Source of the DNA: Nitrospirota bacterium | Lineage (GTDB): Bacteria; Nitrospirota; UBA9217 | Reading direction: 5' to 3' | Assembly: GCA_963790205.1 (NCBI GenBank) | Contig: CAWBNQ010000003.1 | Location: forward strand, 736,001 to 800,000 | DNA: 64,000 nt | In this document: positions 48,762 to 58,610 of the stretch, one piece after another | How positions within the stretch are numbered: the stretch's first letter is position 1 | Layout: each line of letters begins with the position of its first letter | The notes under the pieces: model-generated | The model's database searches: none | Told to the model about the DNA's origin: nothing | Seen by the model: only the letters and a program-made list of their open reading frames with translations | Made by a program: the position numbers and the translations under genes

Positions 48762-49637
48762 ATGAACCGTCAACCCGCAGTTGCAGGCCATTTTTATCAG
48801 GGAACAAAGGAAGCGCTCAGGCGGCAGGTCGAGGAATTTATCGTCCCCGCTGAAAAGGTCAGGGCGTTCGGGATCCTGTCGCCGCACGCCGGCCTGATCT
48901 ATTCCGGGGCCGTGGCGGGAGCGGTGTATTCGAGCATCGATCTGCCTGATACGTTTGTGCTCATCGGCCCGAACCACACCGGGCTCGGCGCGCCGGTTTC
49001 GATCATGTGCGAAGGCAGGTGGGAAACGCCGCTCGGATCAGTGGCTATCGACGAACCCCTGGCCCGTTCCATACTCTCCCGGTCGCCGCGCCTACGGGAA
49101 GATTCCCTCGCCCACCTGAGAGAACATTCCCTCGAAGTCCAGCTCCCGTTCATACAGTATTTCAAAAAGAGCTTCACCATCGTTCCCATCCAGATGCTCG
49201 ATACGAGGCTCGAGACCTGCCTCGAGGTCGGCAGGGCGGTGGGTGAGGCGATAGGGGGAAGAAGTCAGGAGTCAGGAGTCAGGAGTCAGGGATCACGCAA
49301 TGAAAAACTCAGCGCTCCGAACTCCCTGCTCCGAACTCCTAACGGTGTTCTCATTATCGCGAGCTCCGACATGAGCCATTATGAGCCGGCAGCCGCGGCA
49401 AAAGAAAAAGATTACGAAGCCATCCGCCATATACTTGCCCTCGACCCCGAGGGCCTGTACTCCACGGTCAAAAACCAGGGCATCACCATGTGCGGTTACG
49501 GCCCCGCCGTTACCATGCTCGCGGCATGCAAGATCCTCGGCGCTACGAAAGCGAAGCTGATCAAATATGCAAACTCCGGCGACGTGAGCGGAGACTACGA
49601 ACAGGTGGTCGGATACGCGGGAATAGTCATTATGTAA
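48762..49637 (+). CDS. amrB: AmmeMemoRadiSam system protein B (MEMO1 family) with an in-frame repeat insertion
   Basis: RQPAVAGHFY, PHAG..YSG, GPNH, EHSLEVQLPF, SSDMSHY, MCG and VGYA motifs. Confidence 0.92.
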   Translation: MNRQPAVAGHFYQGTKEALRRQVEEFIVPAEKVRAFGILSPHAGLIYSGAVAGAVYSSIDLPDTFVLIGPNHTGLGAPVSIMCEGRWETPLGSVAIDEPLARSILSRSPRLREDSLAHLREHSLEVQLPFIQYFKKSFTIVPIQMLDTRLETCLEVGRAVGEAIGGRSQESGVRSQGSRNEKLSAPNSLLRTPNGVLIIASSDMSHYEPAAAAKEKDYEAIRHILALDPEGLYSTVKNQGITMCGYGPAVTMLAACKILGATKAKLIKYANSGDVSGDYEQVVGYAGIVIM

Positions 49638-49719
49638 TCAGTTACACAGCTAAGCAGTTCTTCCCCCCAGCCCCAGCCTCAACCGGGTCATAACTCTTTA
49701 AAAATTAAACAAATTATTG

Positions 49720-49735
49720 TGGCACCGGCATTGCA
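49720..49735 (+). promoter_or_regulatory. Sigma-54 (-24/-12) promoter upstream of the pilY1 locus
   Basis: TGGCAC-CGGCA-TTGCA fits TGGCAC-N5-TTGCW (GG-N10-GC); AT-rich tract upstream. Confidence 0.75.
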
Positions 49736-49780
49736 CTTATTATCGTGAAAAAACAAATTGACGAGGTCGCGGTGTTATCC

Positions 49781-49972
49781 ATGGTTAAATTTCAAGTGAT
49801 ATGTCCTGAATGCAGAGCGGCCGTAGTCACGGCGCACCCCGAGGCCCTTGTGTGGGAGCATTGTCCGGCGTGCGGGCGCCATATCTGGGACCGGTATGAC
49901 GCCTTGATGGCGGACGTACTGCCCAACGAAGCGCCCGGCGCCGGTGGACGAAACGCACGGATTAACAATTAA
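49781..49972 (+). CDS. Small zinc-ribbon protein
   Basis: CPEC...CPAC; first ORF after the sigma-54 site. Confidence 0.5.
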   Translation: MVKFQVICPECRAAVVTAHPEALVWEHCPACGRHIWDRYDALMADVLPNEAPGAGGRNARINN

Positions 49973-50010
49973 GGGACCTTGTTTGGTCACGCAGCAATAA
50001 CCATTATCGC

Positions 50011-50340
50011 ATGGAGGGTGTCATGGAAATAAGAAAAACGCAATACGGGGTGCTCTTTATCTTGACGGTTGCATTGTTGATTTTGTTTATCCACCCCCTC
50101 TATGCCGGGGACGAGCTTTACTTGACCGGCATTGTAAAAAGTGTCGATCACAATACGAAGATAGTCGTTGTTGATGTGCAGTCCGCAAGCTGTCACGGAG
50201 TCAGGAAGTTTGTTTTGGATGAACCCGCCATATTATTAGAAGATTTTATCGGTAAAATAATCAATTTTTCCATTGATAGTTCGACCTGCGAAAGCGGTAA
50301 AGTATATACAATGTTTCCGGACGGGAGGAAATGGAGATGA
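50011..50340 (+). CDS. Small exported hypothetical protein
   Basis: Signal peptide-like N-terminus and two Cys; overlaps the pilY1 start. Confidence 0.6.
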   Translation: MEGVMEIRKTQYGVLFILTVALLILFIHPLYAGDELYLTGIVKSVDHNTKIVVVDVQSASCHGVRKFVLDEPAILLEDFIGKIINFSIDSSTCESGKVYTMFPDGRKWR

Positions 50341-53300
50341 AGAAATATATTGCAAAAGGGTTGATTTTTTTCTCAATCCTGCTTTCTTTCGGTTCCTCCT
50401 CAATCAGCTTTGGCGCGGCAATGACCGATTATTGCCAGGTCCCGCCCTTTATCGGCACCGGAGGCTCGCCCAACATCCTGCTTGTCGAAGACGTCAGCGG
50501 AAGTATGTCCTGGCCCGCCTATTCAGCGATTGATAATGGCACCGCTATCCCTTATAATTCTGCACAAGGATATGAAGGATATTTTGACCCCTCAAAGACT
50601 TATAAAACGCAAAATCCGTCCTGCGATCCCACTACAACGAGCTGTCTTTATATCGAGACGACGCCCACGGGACTGCCGTGTACTCATACCTGCTCCGCGA
50701 ATTCCTGTGTGAGAAACAGCGGCTCTTGCAGCATGCACGGCCAATACGGCAGCGGAACCGGGGCATTCGGATGTAAGACGAGCAGTAATAAGCCCTATGG
50801 CTGCTGCACTGCCATTACAAGCTCCGGAGACTGCAATCTGAATACCGGCAATTACCTTAACTGGTACCATATGCACAGAATAGACCTTACCCGCTGGGCC
50901 ATGACCGGAGGCACCCCTGCTTCGTGTACCGGCACCAGTACTTTCAACGCCAACAATTGCGATCCTGAACTGTGGAACCAGACGGGAAACTCTACGAAGG
51001 TTGGTGCTGTCTGCAATAACAGCCTCGCCATCAACGATGCAGGGACCGAGCTCGGCGGCTGCATCCTTCTGATGGACGACGGAACGCAAGTTACGGTCCC
51101 CTGGAGCAGGGTTAACGACGGCCTTGCTACTCAATTTATGAATTTGCTGGTGCAGCCCAGACTGGGTGTGATGACTTTTGATGGCAATAGCCCGTATGTA
51201 AATTCCCATCAGGTGTATCTCGGTGATTTTCTTGCTTCCAACAATAACAGCGCCGCCTTTCCTTATTCGAATTTCATAACGAACATCAATTCGCAGAGCG
51301 CGGGCGGGGGCACGCCTACGGGTCTGGCCATGTGGGACGCCCTTAATTATTATGCACAGAACCCCGCGCAATATGGAGGCTTCCCTAATCAGACCGGATC
51401 AGGGGACCGATGGAAAAATCCCTTGTTTATCTGTGACGGCGGGGGAGGGAACAACTGCGTGCAAGATACCTGTGCAAGGAATTATGTGCTGCTTATGTCG
51501 GATGGAGAGTGGAACACCCCTAGCACTACAATTGGGAGCAGTCCTACCTGTAGCACGACTTCTACTTCAACGGAATCCGCAGACCCCATGGTGCCCGCTT
51601 ACTGCATGCATAAGGGCTTCACGAATGCGGCCACAAGTACTGCTACCTCGGTAAGCGGTGTTTACACCGTAGGCCTTTTTATGCAATCCGGCAGCGCTGG
51701 GCTCCAGGCCATGGAAAATACAGCCATGTACGGTTCCTTTGCGTATTCGTCACCGACACAGATCTGGCCGGGCAATAAAACCGGTTTTCCCTCGAACAGC
51801 GCTAGGTGCGGAGGTACCACTCCTCCCACTGATCCTTCTGACTGCGGCGGAAGCAATTGCGCATCGGGAAGCCTGTGCGCGCCATTGCCTCCGTCGTCTC
51901 CTGACTGGGACCAGAACGAAGACGGCGCGCCGGACACCTTTTACAACGCCTCTGATGCCATCAACATCAAACAGGACATTATGAACGCGGTCCAGGACAT
52001 ACTTGCGCACGCGACTTCGGGCACGGCCGCATCGGTCCTTGCGTCGGGCCAGGGCAGCGGCGCAAACCTCGTTCAGGCAACCTATTATCCAGTGCGCAAA
52101 TTCTTCAACTCCAGCGTCCTGTGGACCGGCGGACTCCAGAACCTGTGGTATTATATCGACCCGGCGTTTAACAACAGCAGCATCAGGGAAGATGACGGAG
52201 ACAAGATCCTTAACCTTATAACAGACTCTACCCATCAAGACAATATAACGAGTTTCTATTTTGATACCGCTGAACAGAAGGCGAAAGCGCGGCTTTATTC
52301 ATCGTTAAGCACTCCCCTCGGCGCAACGGGCTCCCTCGTCGCCACGATCGACTTCGAGGATCTTGCAAATCTCTGGGAAGCAGGTGTGCTTTTATGGAAC
52401 AGGACCGCTTCCGACAGGGCTATTTATACCCCGCTCAACGCGTCGCAGGCCCTGACCGCCGCCGCGAATAGTTTCTCGGTCGGCGCCCCCACGCCCGATA
52501 ACACCGCTGTGCTGAGACCGTTGCTGAATACCGATGATACCACGGCATCGGCCGCCGTGAACAACCAGCTTGCCGATAATATCGTCAATTACATTCGCGG
52601 CACTGACCTCGCGGATTATATCTACACGGTAGGGACTTCGACCGTGGGCGTGAGCTACAGGCCCAGGACGGTACAGATCGACCTGAACAATGACAACAAT
52701 ATAACGGACACGAGCGTTCCCGTGAGCGGCGTTGCCATGAATGAAACCGTGCCAAATGTCTGGAAACTCGGCGATATCGTCGATTCAACCCCGAAGATCG
52801 CCTCATGGGCTCCCTTGAACAACTATGACACGAAATGGAGCGACTCTAGCTACAAGTCCTTTATCAGCTCGGCCACGTATACGACCAGAGGCACGGTATA
52901 CGTGGGCGCGAACGACGGAATGCTCCACGCGTTCAACCTCGGGACCCTGCAATACACATGGTCCGGGCAGAACAATCCCAGGGAGATTGCCAAGCTTGCC
53001 GGCTCCAACCTCGGGAAAGAGAAGTGGGCCTTCATCCCCAAGAACGTGCTGCCTTATCTCAAGTATCTGGCGGACCCGAATTATTGCCATATCCACACCG
53101 TTGACCTCACGCCATTTCTCGTTGACGCAAGCATAAACAACACGGCAGGCTGTTCAGGAAACTATTGGCAGTGCCAGAAGGACGTAACCAGTTGGCGGAC
53201 GATCCTTATCGGCGGAATGAAGCTTGGAGGCGCGTGCGCGGATACCGCTTCCACCTGTACGGACTGCGTAAAGACGCCGGTTACCGGCCAGGGTTACTCC

Positions 53301-54593
53301 GAGTATTTCGCCCTCGACGTTACGGATGAGAACAATCCGCAGTTGTTGTGGGAGTTTTCGGATCCTACCCTCGGGTTCTCAACGTCCGGTCCCGCGGTTG
53401 TCAGGATAGGTTCCCGGACCCCAAACAGCTCGACAACCAGCGCCTTGGATTCAGGCACGAATGGAAGGTGGTTTGTCGTGTTCGGCTCCGGTCCGACAGG
53501 ACCGATAGATGTCGCATCGCAGAAGTTCCAGGCCCACTCTGATCAGGACCTGAAACTTTTCATTCTCGATCTAAAAGGACCCGGCACCGGTGCGTGGACA
53601 CTGAATCAAAATTACTATACAATAGACACGGGGATTCAAAATGCCTTCGCAGGCTCGTTGCTGAATTCAGTTTTTGACAATTATCCCAACTCAGGCGCTG
53701 ATTATCAGGACCGGGCGCTCTATATCCCTTATGTAAAATTGTGCTCCGCTAACTCCACTTACTGTACTGCCAATACCTGGACGGACGGCGGCGTGTTAAG
53801 GCTCCTCACCAACCAGGACCTGAACGGCACTGACGTGAGCGCCACGGGAGCGACAGCGCTTAACCCCGGCAACTGGGCCTTGAGCACGGTCATGAGCGGC
53901 ATCGGCCCGGTTACCTCGGCAGTTGCGAATCTCCTGAATAAAAATACGGGCCAGCTGTGGCTCTATTTCGGCACAGGAAGATACTACTATAGAAGCCCCG
54001 CAGGATCAGACGATCCGAACACACAAAGAAATCTCTTCGGCATCGTTGAGCCGTGCTTTTCGGGCACTGGCTTTTCGAGCGGCTGCACGACCAGCCGTCT
54101 TATAAGCGAGCTGTCGCCTGTGAACACATCAACAACAGCGGGTGTCACCACTTCAAAGGGCTGGTATGTTAATCTTCAGGGTTCAGGCACCTACACCTAT
54201 GACGAGAACAACAACGGCACAACCGCCGACGATGTGGCGAGAAGCTATAATGCTGAGCGTGTCATCACCGACCCGGTTACCTCTCCGGCTGAATATTCCG
54301 TCTTTTTCACGACCTTCGAGCCCTATAACGATCTCTGCGCCATCGGTGGCAAGACCTTTATCTGGGCGCTCAATTATAACACCGGAGGCTCTGCCAGCCA
54401 ATACCTGGTGGGAACGGCCTTGATCCAGGTCTCCACGGGCGCTATCGAACAGATGAACCTGTCGACCGCCTTTACCGACATGGGCCAGAGAAGGACAGGC
54501 GCCATGGAAGGCCTGCCGCCGACGACGCAGGGCCTGAACCTTATGTCGGCGCCGGCCCCGGTACAAAAGGTCCTTCATGTGCGGGAGAAATAA
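50331..54593 (+). CDS. pilY1: Type IV pilus tip adhesin PilY1/PilC
   Basis: Signal peptide, YCQVPPFI, vWA-like DVSGSM, WKLGDIVDSTP, YVGANDGMLHAF, EKWAFIP, YFGTGR and ERVITDP motifs. Confidence 0.92.
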   Translation: MEMKKYIAKGLIFFSILLSFGSSSISFGAAMTDYCQVPPFIGTGGSPNILLVEDVSGSMSWPAYSAIDNGTAIPYNSAQGYEGYFDPSKTYKTQNPSCDPTTTSCLYIETTPTGLPCTHTCSANSCVRNSGSCSMHGQYGSGTGAFGCKTSSNKPYGCCTAITSSGDCNLNTGNYLNWYHMHRIDLTRWAMTGGTPASCTGTSTFNANNCDPELWNQTGNSTKVGAVCNNSLAINDAGTELGGCILLMDDGTQVTVPWSRVNDGLATQFMNLLVQPRLGVMTFDGNSPYVNSHQVYLGDFLASNNNSAAFPYSNFITNINSQSAGGGTPTGLAMWDALNYYAQNPAQYGGFPNQTGSGDRWKNPLFICDGGGGNNCVQDTCARNYVLLMSDGEWNTPSTTIGSSPTCSTTSTSTESADPMVPAYCMHKGFTNAATSTATSVSGVYTVGLFMQSGSAGLQAMENTAMYGSFAYSSPTQIWPGNKTGFPSNSARCGGTTPPTDPSDCGGSNCASGSLCAPLPPSSPDWDQNEDGAPDTFYNASDAINIKQDIMNAVQDILAHATSGTAASVLASGQGSGANLVQATYYPVRKFFNSSVLWTGGLQNLWYYIDPAFNNSSIREDDGDKILNLITDSTHQDNITSFYFDTAEQKAKARLYSSLSTPLGATGSLVATIDFEDLANLWEAGVLLWNRTASDRAIYTPLNASQALTAAANSFSVGAPTPDNTAVLRPLLNTDDTTASAAVNNQLADNIVNYIRGTDLADYIYTVGTSTVGVSYRPRTVQIDLNNDNNITDTSVPVSGVAMNETVPNVWKLGDIVDSTPKIASWAPLNNYDTKWSDSSYKSFISSATYTTRGTVYVGANDGMLHAFNLGTLQYTWSGQNNPREIAKLAGSNLGKEKWAFIPKNVLPYLKYLADPNYCHIHTVDLTPFLVDASINNTAGCSGNYWQCQKDVTSWRTILIGGMKLGGACADTASTCTDCVKTPVTGQGYSEYFALDVTDENNPQLLWEFSDPTLGFSTSGPAVVRIGSRTPNSSTTSALDSGTNGRWFVVFGSGPTGPIDVASQKFQAHSDQDLKLFILDLKGPGTGAWTLNQNYYTIDTGIQNAFAGSLLNSVFDNYPNSGADYQDRALYIPYVKLCSANSTYCTANTWTDGGVLRLLTNQDLNGTDVSATGATALNPGNWALSTVMSGIGPVTSAVANLLNKNTGQLWLYFGTGRYYYRSPAGSDDPNTQRNLFGIVEPCFSGTGFSSGCTTSRLISELSPVNTSTTAGVTTSKGWYVNLQGSGTYTYDENNNGTTADDVARSYNAERVITDPVTSPAEYSVFFTTFEPYNDLCAIGGKTFIWALNYNTGGSASQYLVGTALIQVSTGAIEQMNLSTAFTDMGQRRTGAMEGLPPTTQGLNLMSAPAPVQKVLHVREK

Positions 54594-54597
54594 AGAG

Positions 54598-55089
54598 ATG
54601 AGGGATGAGAACGGTTTTACGTTGATCGAGATGCTCATCACGCTCGCCATCATCGGCATACTGCTCGGGATTGCGGCCATTTCCGCCGGTGCATGGCTTG
54701 AACGGTACCGGGTGGAAGGCCAGACGAAACAGATGTATACCGATCTGATGAATGCACGGGTAAGCGCCATGCAGAGAAACCGGGTTTTTTTCGTGACCCT
54801 GGGGGCGAACCAGTATGCAATCTATGAGGATTCGTGGCCTGCTCCGGACGGAAACGGGAACCTTGATCCGGGAGCTGGACAAGACCGGCTCGTGATGCAG
54901 AAGACCACGCAATATGCCCTCAACTCGAGCGCGGCAAACTTTAATTTTAGCCAAAACGGCCTGGTGTCCTGGAGCAGCGGTACGATCTGGGTCACCTCTA
55001 CGGCAAGCCCGGCTTCCGACTGTATTGCCTTGGCTACTACAAGAATTCTCATGGGGAAAATGAATGGAACGAATTGCATTACACAATAA
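54598..55089 (+). CDS. FimT/FimU-like (GspH family) minor pilin
   Basis: Prepilin cleavage motif G-FTLIE; C-terminal Cys pair. Confidence 0.88.
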   Translation: MRDENGFTLIEMLITLAIIGILLGIAAISAGAWLERYRVEGQTKQMYTDLMNARVSAMQRNRVFFVTLGANQYAIYEDSWPAPDGNGNLDPGAGQDRLVMQKTTQYALNSSAANFNFSQNGLVSWSSGTIWVTSTASPASDCIALATTRILMGKMNGTNCITQ

Positions 55090-55462
55090 GAAGGGCATGA
55101 CGTTGATAGAGGTCCTGATCGCGCTCCTCCTTCTCATGGTCGTAGCGCTGGCGGTGATGCGGACGGCGCTGGTAGGGATGAATGCGAATCTGCAGAATTC
55201 CGAGCGGGACGAGGCGGTGAATGTTGCGGACCTGCGGATGAACGAACTGCGGGACATGCCTTTTGACAACATTGTAAGTGATCTGACGGGCACGACAATA
55301 TCACGAACTTTCCGAGGCGCCACCGTGACCTATACGCAGACGCAAACGGTAACACAGGTCGATACCGGCAATAACACGAAGCAGATAGCCATAACGGTTG
55401 CCTGGCCCTTTGGGGGGCGGACTTATACTCATAGCGTGACAACGATCATGAGGCGGCAATGA
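55064..55462 (+). CDS. pilV: PilV-like minor pilin
   Basis: G-MTLIEVLIAL; position in cluster. Confidence 0.8.
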   Translation: MERIALHNKKGMTLIEVLIALLLLMVVALAVMRTALVGMNANLQNSERDEAVNVADLRMNELRDMPFDNIVSDLTGTTISRTFRGATVTYTQTQTVTQVDTGNNTKQIAITVAWPFGGRTYTHSVTTIMRRQ

Positions 55463-56559
55463 ACAGGCGAAATAAAGGAGTTACCTTGATCGAACTGCTG
55501 ATCGTTCTGGCGATTTTCGGCATCGTTCTGGCGGGGACCTCGCAGATGGTCGTCGGCATGCTGACTACTCACCGGCAGCAGAGCAAGATCGCGGAGAGCA
55601 ATATAGAAGGAATTATCGGCCTTGAGATGCTGCGGCAGGACCTCGGAAAAGCGGGGTTCGGCCTGCCGTGGAACGGATTGACGACGTATACCGAGGCTAC
55701 GGGCAATCCCTATAATTTGAATGATGCGTCGAACCCTCCGCGAGGGATCGTGAGTAAGAATGACGGAGGATGGAACGGCACGGATTATCTGGTGATAAAA
55801 GCCGCAAATGTGGCGACGAATACTGCATGCAACAAATGGACATTCCTTTCACCGGCCAATGTACCAACTGTATGGACGTCGTCCACGTCAACGAGCGATA
55901 ATTTTGCCGACACTGACCGGGTGATCATTCTTTCGCCAGGATCGCCTAGTTCGGAAGGCACCGCAAGAACACTGATAACATCGGGCTCGTTTTTCGCCCA
56001 GTTCGGTTCCACCTCCGCCTTGGCGTCGACTATGACGTCAACAGGAATCGTCTACGGCATCGATCCGGCCACCGACCTGAGGATGCCCTTTAACCGGGCG
56101 GACTTCTATGTCAAGCAGCCGGCCACCGCGATGCCCCAGCGATGCGCTTTGGGAACGGGCATTCTGTATAAAGCGGTCGTGAACCAGAGCGATGGGAATT
56201 TGACGGAAATGCCGCTGCTCGACTGCGTTGCCGATATGCAGGTGATCTACCGTTATGATCCGAACGGCAGCGGATCTGCGTCACTTTCACTTACAAACGA
56301 TATCTCGACCTGGAGCGCCCAGACCATTCGCGACAATGTCAAAGAGGTGAGAGTATATGTTCTGGCGCAGGAAGGCCAGAAAGATCCAAATTTCACCTAT
56401 CCGGGGGCAAACGCCTGTGTTGGCTGCGACTCGACCGTTGGCATTACGGGTTCCCTTGGAAGGCAACCTCAACCTTTCAACTTCTCCGGGATCACTAATT
56501 GGCAAAACTACCGGTGGAAAATTTACACCCTGGTTGTAAAACTGGATAACCTCCTGTGA
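55459..56559 (+). CDS. pilW: PilW-like minor pilin
   Basis: G-VTLIELLI, LRQDLGKAGFG and PLLDCVADMQV motifs. Confidence 0.82.
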   Translation: MNRRNKGVTLIELLIVLAIFGIVLAGTSQMVVGMLTTHRQQSKIAESNIEGIIGLEMLRQDLGKAGFGLPWNGLTTYTEATGNPYNLNDASNPPRGIVSKNDGGWNGTDYLVIKAANVATNTACNKWTFLSPANVPTVWTSSTSTSDNFADTDRVIILSPGSPSSEGTARTLITSGSFFAQFGSTSALASTMTSTGIVYGIDPATDLRMPFNRADFYVKQPATAMPQRCALGTGILYKAVVNQSDGNLTEMPLLDCVADMQVIYRYDPNGSGSASLSLTNDISTWSAQTIRDNVKEVRVYVLAQEGQKDPNFTYPGANACVGCDSTVGITGSLGRQPQPFNFSGITNWQNYRWKIYTLVVKLDNLL

Positions 56560-56677
56560 ATCGGGAAGAGGCATGGTGGTCATATATATGAAAAACGTGG
56601 ATACGACAAAAAAACGGGAAACGCGCTTCAGTGTTTTCATCGAACCGTCTGCGGGTGATGGAGGGGAGAAGATTGCC

Positions 56678-57322
56678 TTGCCAACGGGTATTAAATCCGA
56701 AAAAGGGGTCGTCCTCGTCGTGGTCCTGGTGATGTCCGCGGTGGTGCTTGTGGTCATGACGGCGTTGATCTATATGATCACTTCCGGAACGCAAATCTCC
56801 GGTTTGCAGAAAAGATATAAGACGTCCCTTGAAGCGTCCAGGGGCGGCAGCGACCTTTTTTATCAAGTTGTCGGGTCAAGAGGGATACCCTTAACGCTGA
56901 CGGGCGTGAATCCATTTATTCTTGGCGCGCCGGCATGCAGCGGCACCGATATTTACACCGGAGCGACGTATACGGGATTTCAAGCCAAACTCATGACGTC
57001 TTCGGCGACATGGTCCGCAGGTTGTAATAGTACTCTGAACATCAATCTGAACGATGGTACTCCCGCTCCCTATGATATGATGCTGGCAATCGGGACATCA
57101 CCCCAATACAACTATTACGCTAAAATAGTTGGTGCCATACAGGGGAATTCAGCCTCACTCGGGAGTACCTCGCTTTATACGGGCAGTGTGATGACCGGAT
57201 CAAGCGGGGCCGGCGCCATCCCGGTAGTGAGCCAGCCCTATCTGTACGCAATAGAGGTGGACACGGAAAACGCCACGAATTCTGCTGAGCGGGCGAAATT
57301 ATCCATTCTTTATCAGTATTGA
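56678..57322 (+). CDS. pilX: PilX-like minor pilin (probable TTG start; ORF extends to 56573)
   Basis: EKG-VVLVVVL without Glu5, typical of PilX; follows pilW. Confidence 0.78.
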   Translation: MPTGIKSEKGVVLVVVLVMSAVVLVVMTALIYMITSGTQISGLQKRYKTSLEASRGGSDLFYQVVGSRGIPLTLTGVNPFILGAPACSGTDIYTGATYTGFQAKLMTSSATWSAGCNSTLNINLNDGTPAPYDMMLAIGTSPQYNYYAKIVGAIQGNSASLGSTSLYTGSVMTGSSGAGAIPVVSQPYLYAIEVDTENATNSAERAKLSILYQY

Positions 57323-57397
57323 GGCAGGCGCGGATCACTATGTTTCTGCCGACACAATAACATCACTAGCATTCTTTCCTCTTTTCCCGAAAATCCT

Positions 57398-58303
57398 ATG
57401 CGTGGACTGACTTGTGCAGTGCTTATAGTGTTTGTTCTTTCCTGCTCTTCTGAAAAGCAGGCAGAGCGCACCCGAAATCCATCTGCGGGGCCCGGCGTTG
57501 CCGGGACCACACAACCGGTTTCTCCTCGTACAAAGGAACCCTATGTACTGGAAATCTCACCGAAAGCGGCCTCTCGGGATTCAACGGTAAATCTCATCTT
57601 TACGGGCTTTGCCGCAAGTGACGCAAAGATCGAGTGGCTCCTGAACGGAGCGCCGGAGGAAAGCGCTTCGCCGAACCAATTTACGTTATCGCGGGCGAGA
57701 AAGGGTGACACGCTCCAGGCGAAGGCGATCATTCAGGGCCGGGAGATACTGTCCAACATGATCGAAATCGTGAATGCGGCCCCCGAGATCACCAGTATTA
57801 AACTTCTCGCTGAAATTGTTAAGCCCGGCGACGCTCTGGGCGTAGCGGTCACGGGAAGCGATGCCGATGGAGACACAGTAATGTTTCTGTACGAATGGAC
57901 GATCAACGGCGAACCCGCGGGGAACGAAGAGAGAATAGGGGGGCCGGTAAAAAGAGGGGATCGGGTTTCCGTGAAGGTCACGCCTTTTGACGGGGAGAGC
58001 TACGGTCGTCCCGTCGTGCTGGACAGGGAAATCCAAAATATGCCTCCAATAATTCAAGAACACAGGGAATTTCAATTCGATGGGAAACTGTACACGTATC
58101 AGGTGAAGGCATCAGACCCGGACGGTGATCCTCTCGCCTACGCAATCGAGTCGCCGGCGGAAGGCATGATGATCGATAAATCAAGCGGGTTACTAACCTG
58201 GAATGTGCCTGCTGAATTTAAAGGCAAGAAAAACGTATCCGTCATTGTGACAGACGGACACGGCGGCATTGCGAGGTATGTTTTAAATATAACCATTCAA
58301 TAA
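57398..58303 (+). CDS. Lipoprotein with Ig-like/cadherin-like repeats
   Basis: Lipobox VLSC; NAAPEI...SDADGD and NMPPII...ASDPDGDPL.Y...VTDGHGG repeats. Confidence 0.75.
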   Translation: MRGLTCAVLIVFVLSCSSEKQAERTRNPSAGPGVAGTTQPVSPRTKEPYVLEISPKAASRDSTVNLIFTGFAASDAKIEWLLNGAPEESASPNQFTLSRARKGDTLQAKAIIQGREILSNMIEIVNAAPEITSIKLLAEIVKPGDALGVAVTGSDADGDTVMFLYEWTINGEPAGNEERIGGPVKRGDRVSVKVTPFDGESYGRPVVLDREIQNMPPIIQEHREFQFDGKLYTYQVKASDPDGDPLAYAIESPAEGMMIDKSSGLLTWNVPAEFKGKKNVSVIVTDGHGGIARYVLNITIQ

Positions 58304-58610
58304 AATGAAGCGTTAACATGGGCGTTACAAGCCATTTTGCTTTCTTCTTCTTCGCTTCTTTTTATCACTCATAAATCCCGCGAACCCGTGATTTTCTTCG
58401 GTTGTTTCTCTCTGACGACCGGTTCATTATCCGCTCTCCGAATACCCCGAAAATACCCGCTAACGGGTATGTACACTCGCCTGCCGTTGCGAGTAAAATC
58501 AAACCCTGAATTTGAAGCTTTTTACATAGCGTCCGGCAATCCATAGTTGCCCGGAGGGAGCCCCGTTTTTTTTGAATGACGAACCTTGCATCGAGGAGAG
58601 GTGATCAATC

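Noticed and set aside
58480..58575. Cyclic dinucleotide riboswitch upstream of the second fimT
   Set aside because: Only a weak hairpin and T-run; the GEMM-I features (GGCAAAC, GNRA loop with receptor, GACGCAAA) are not present
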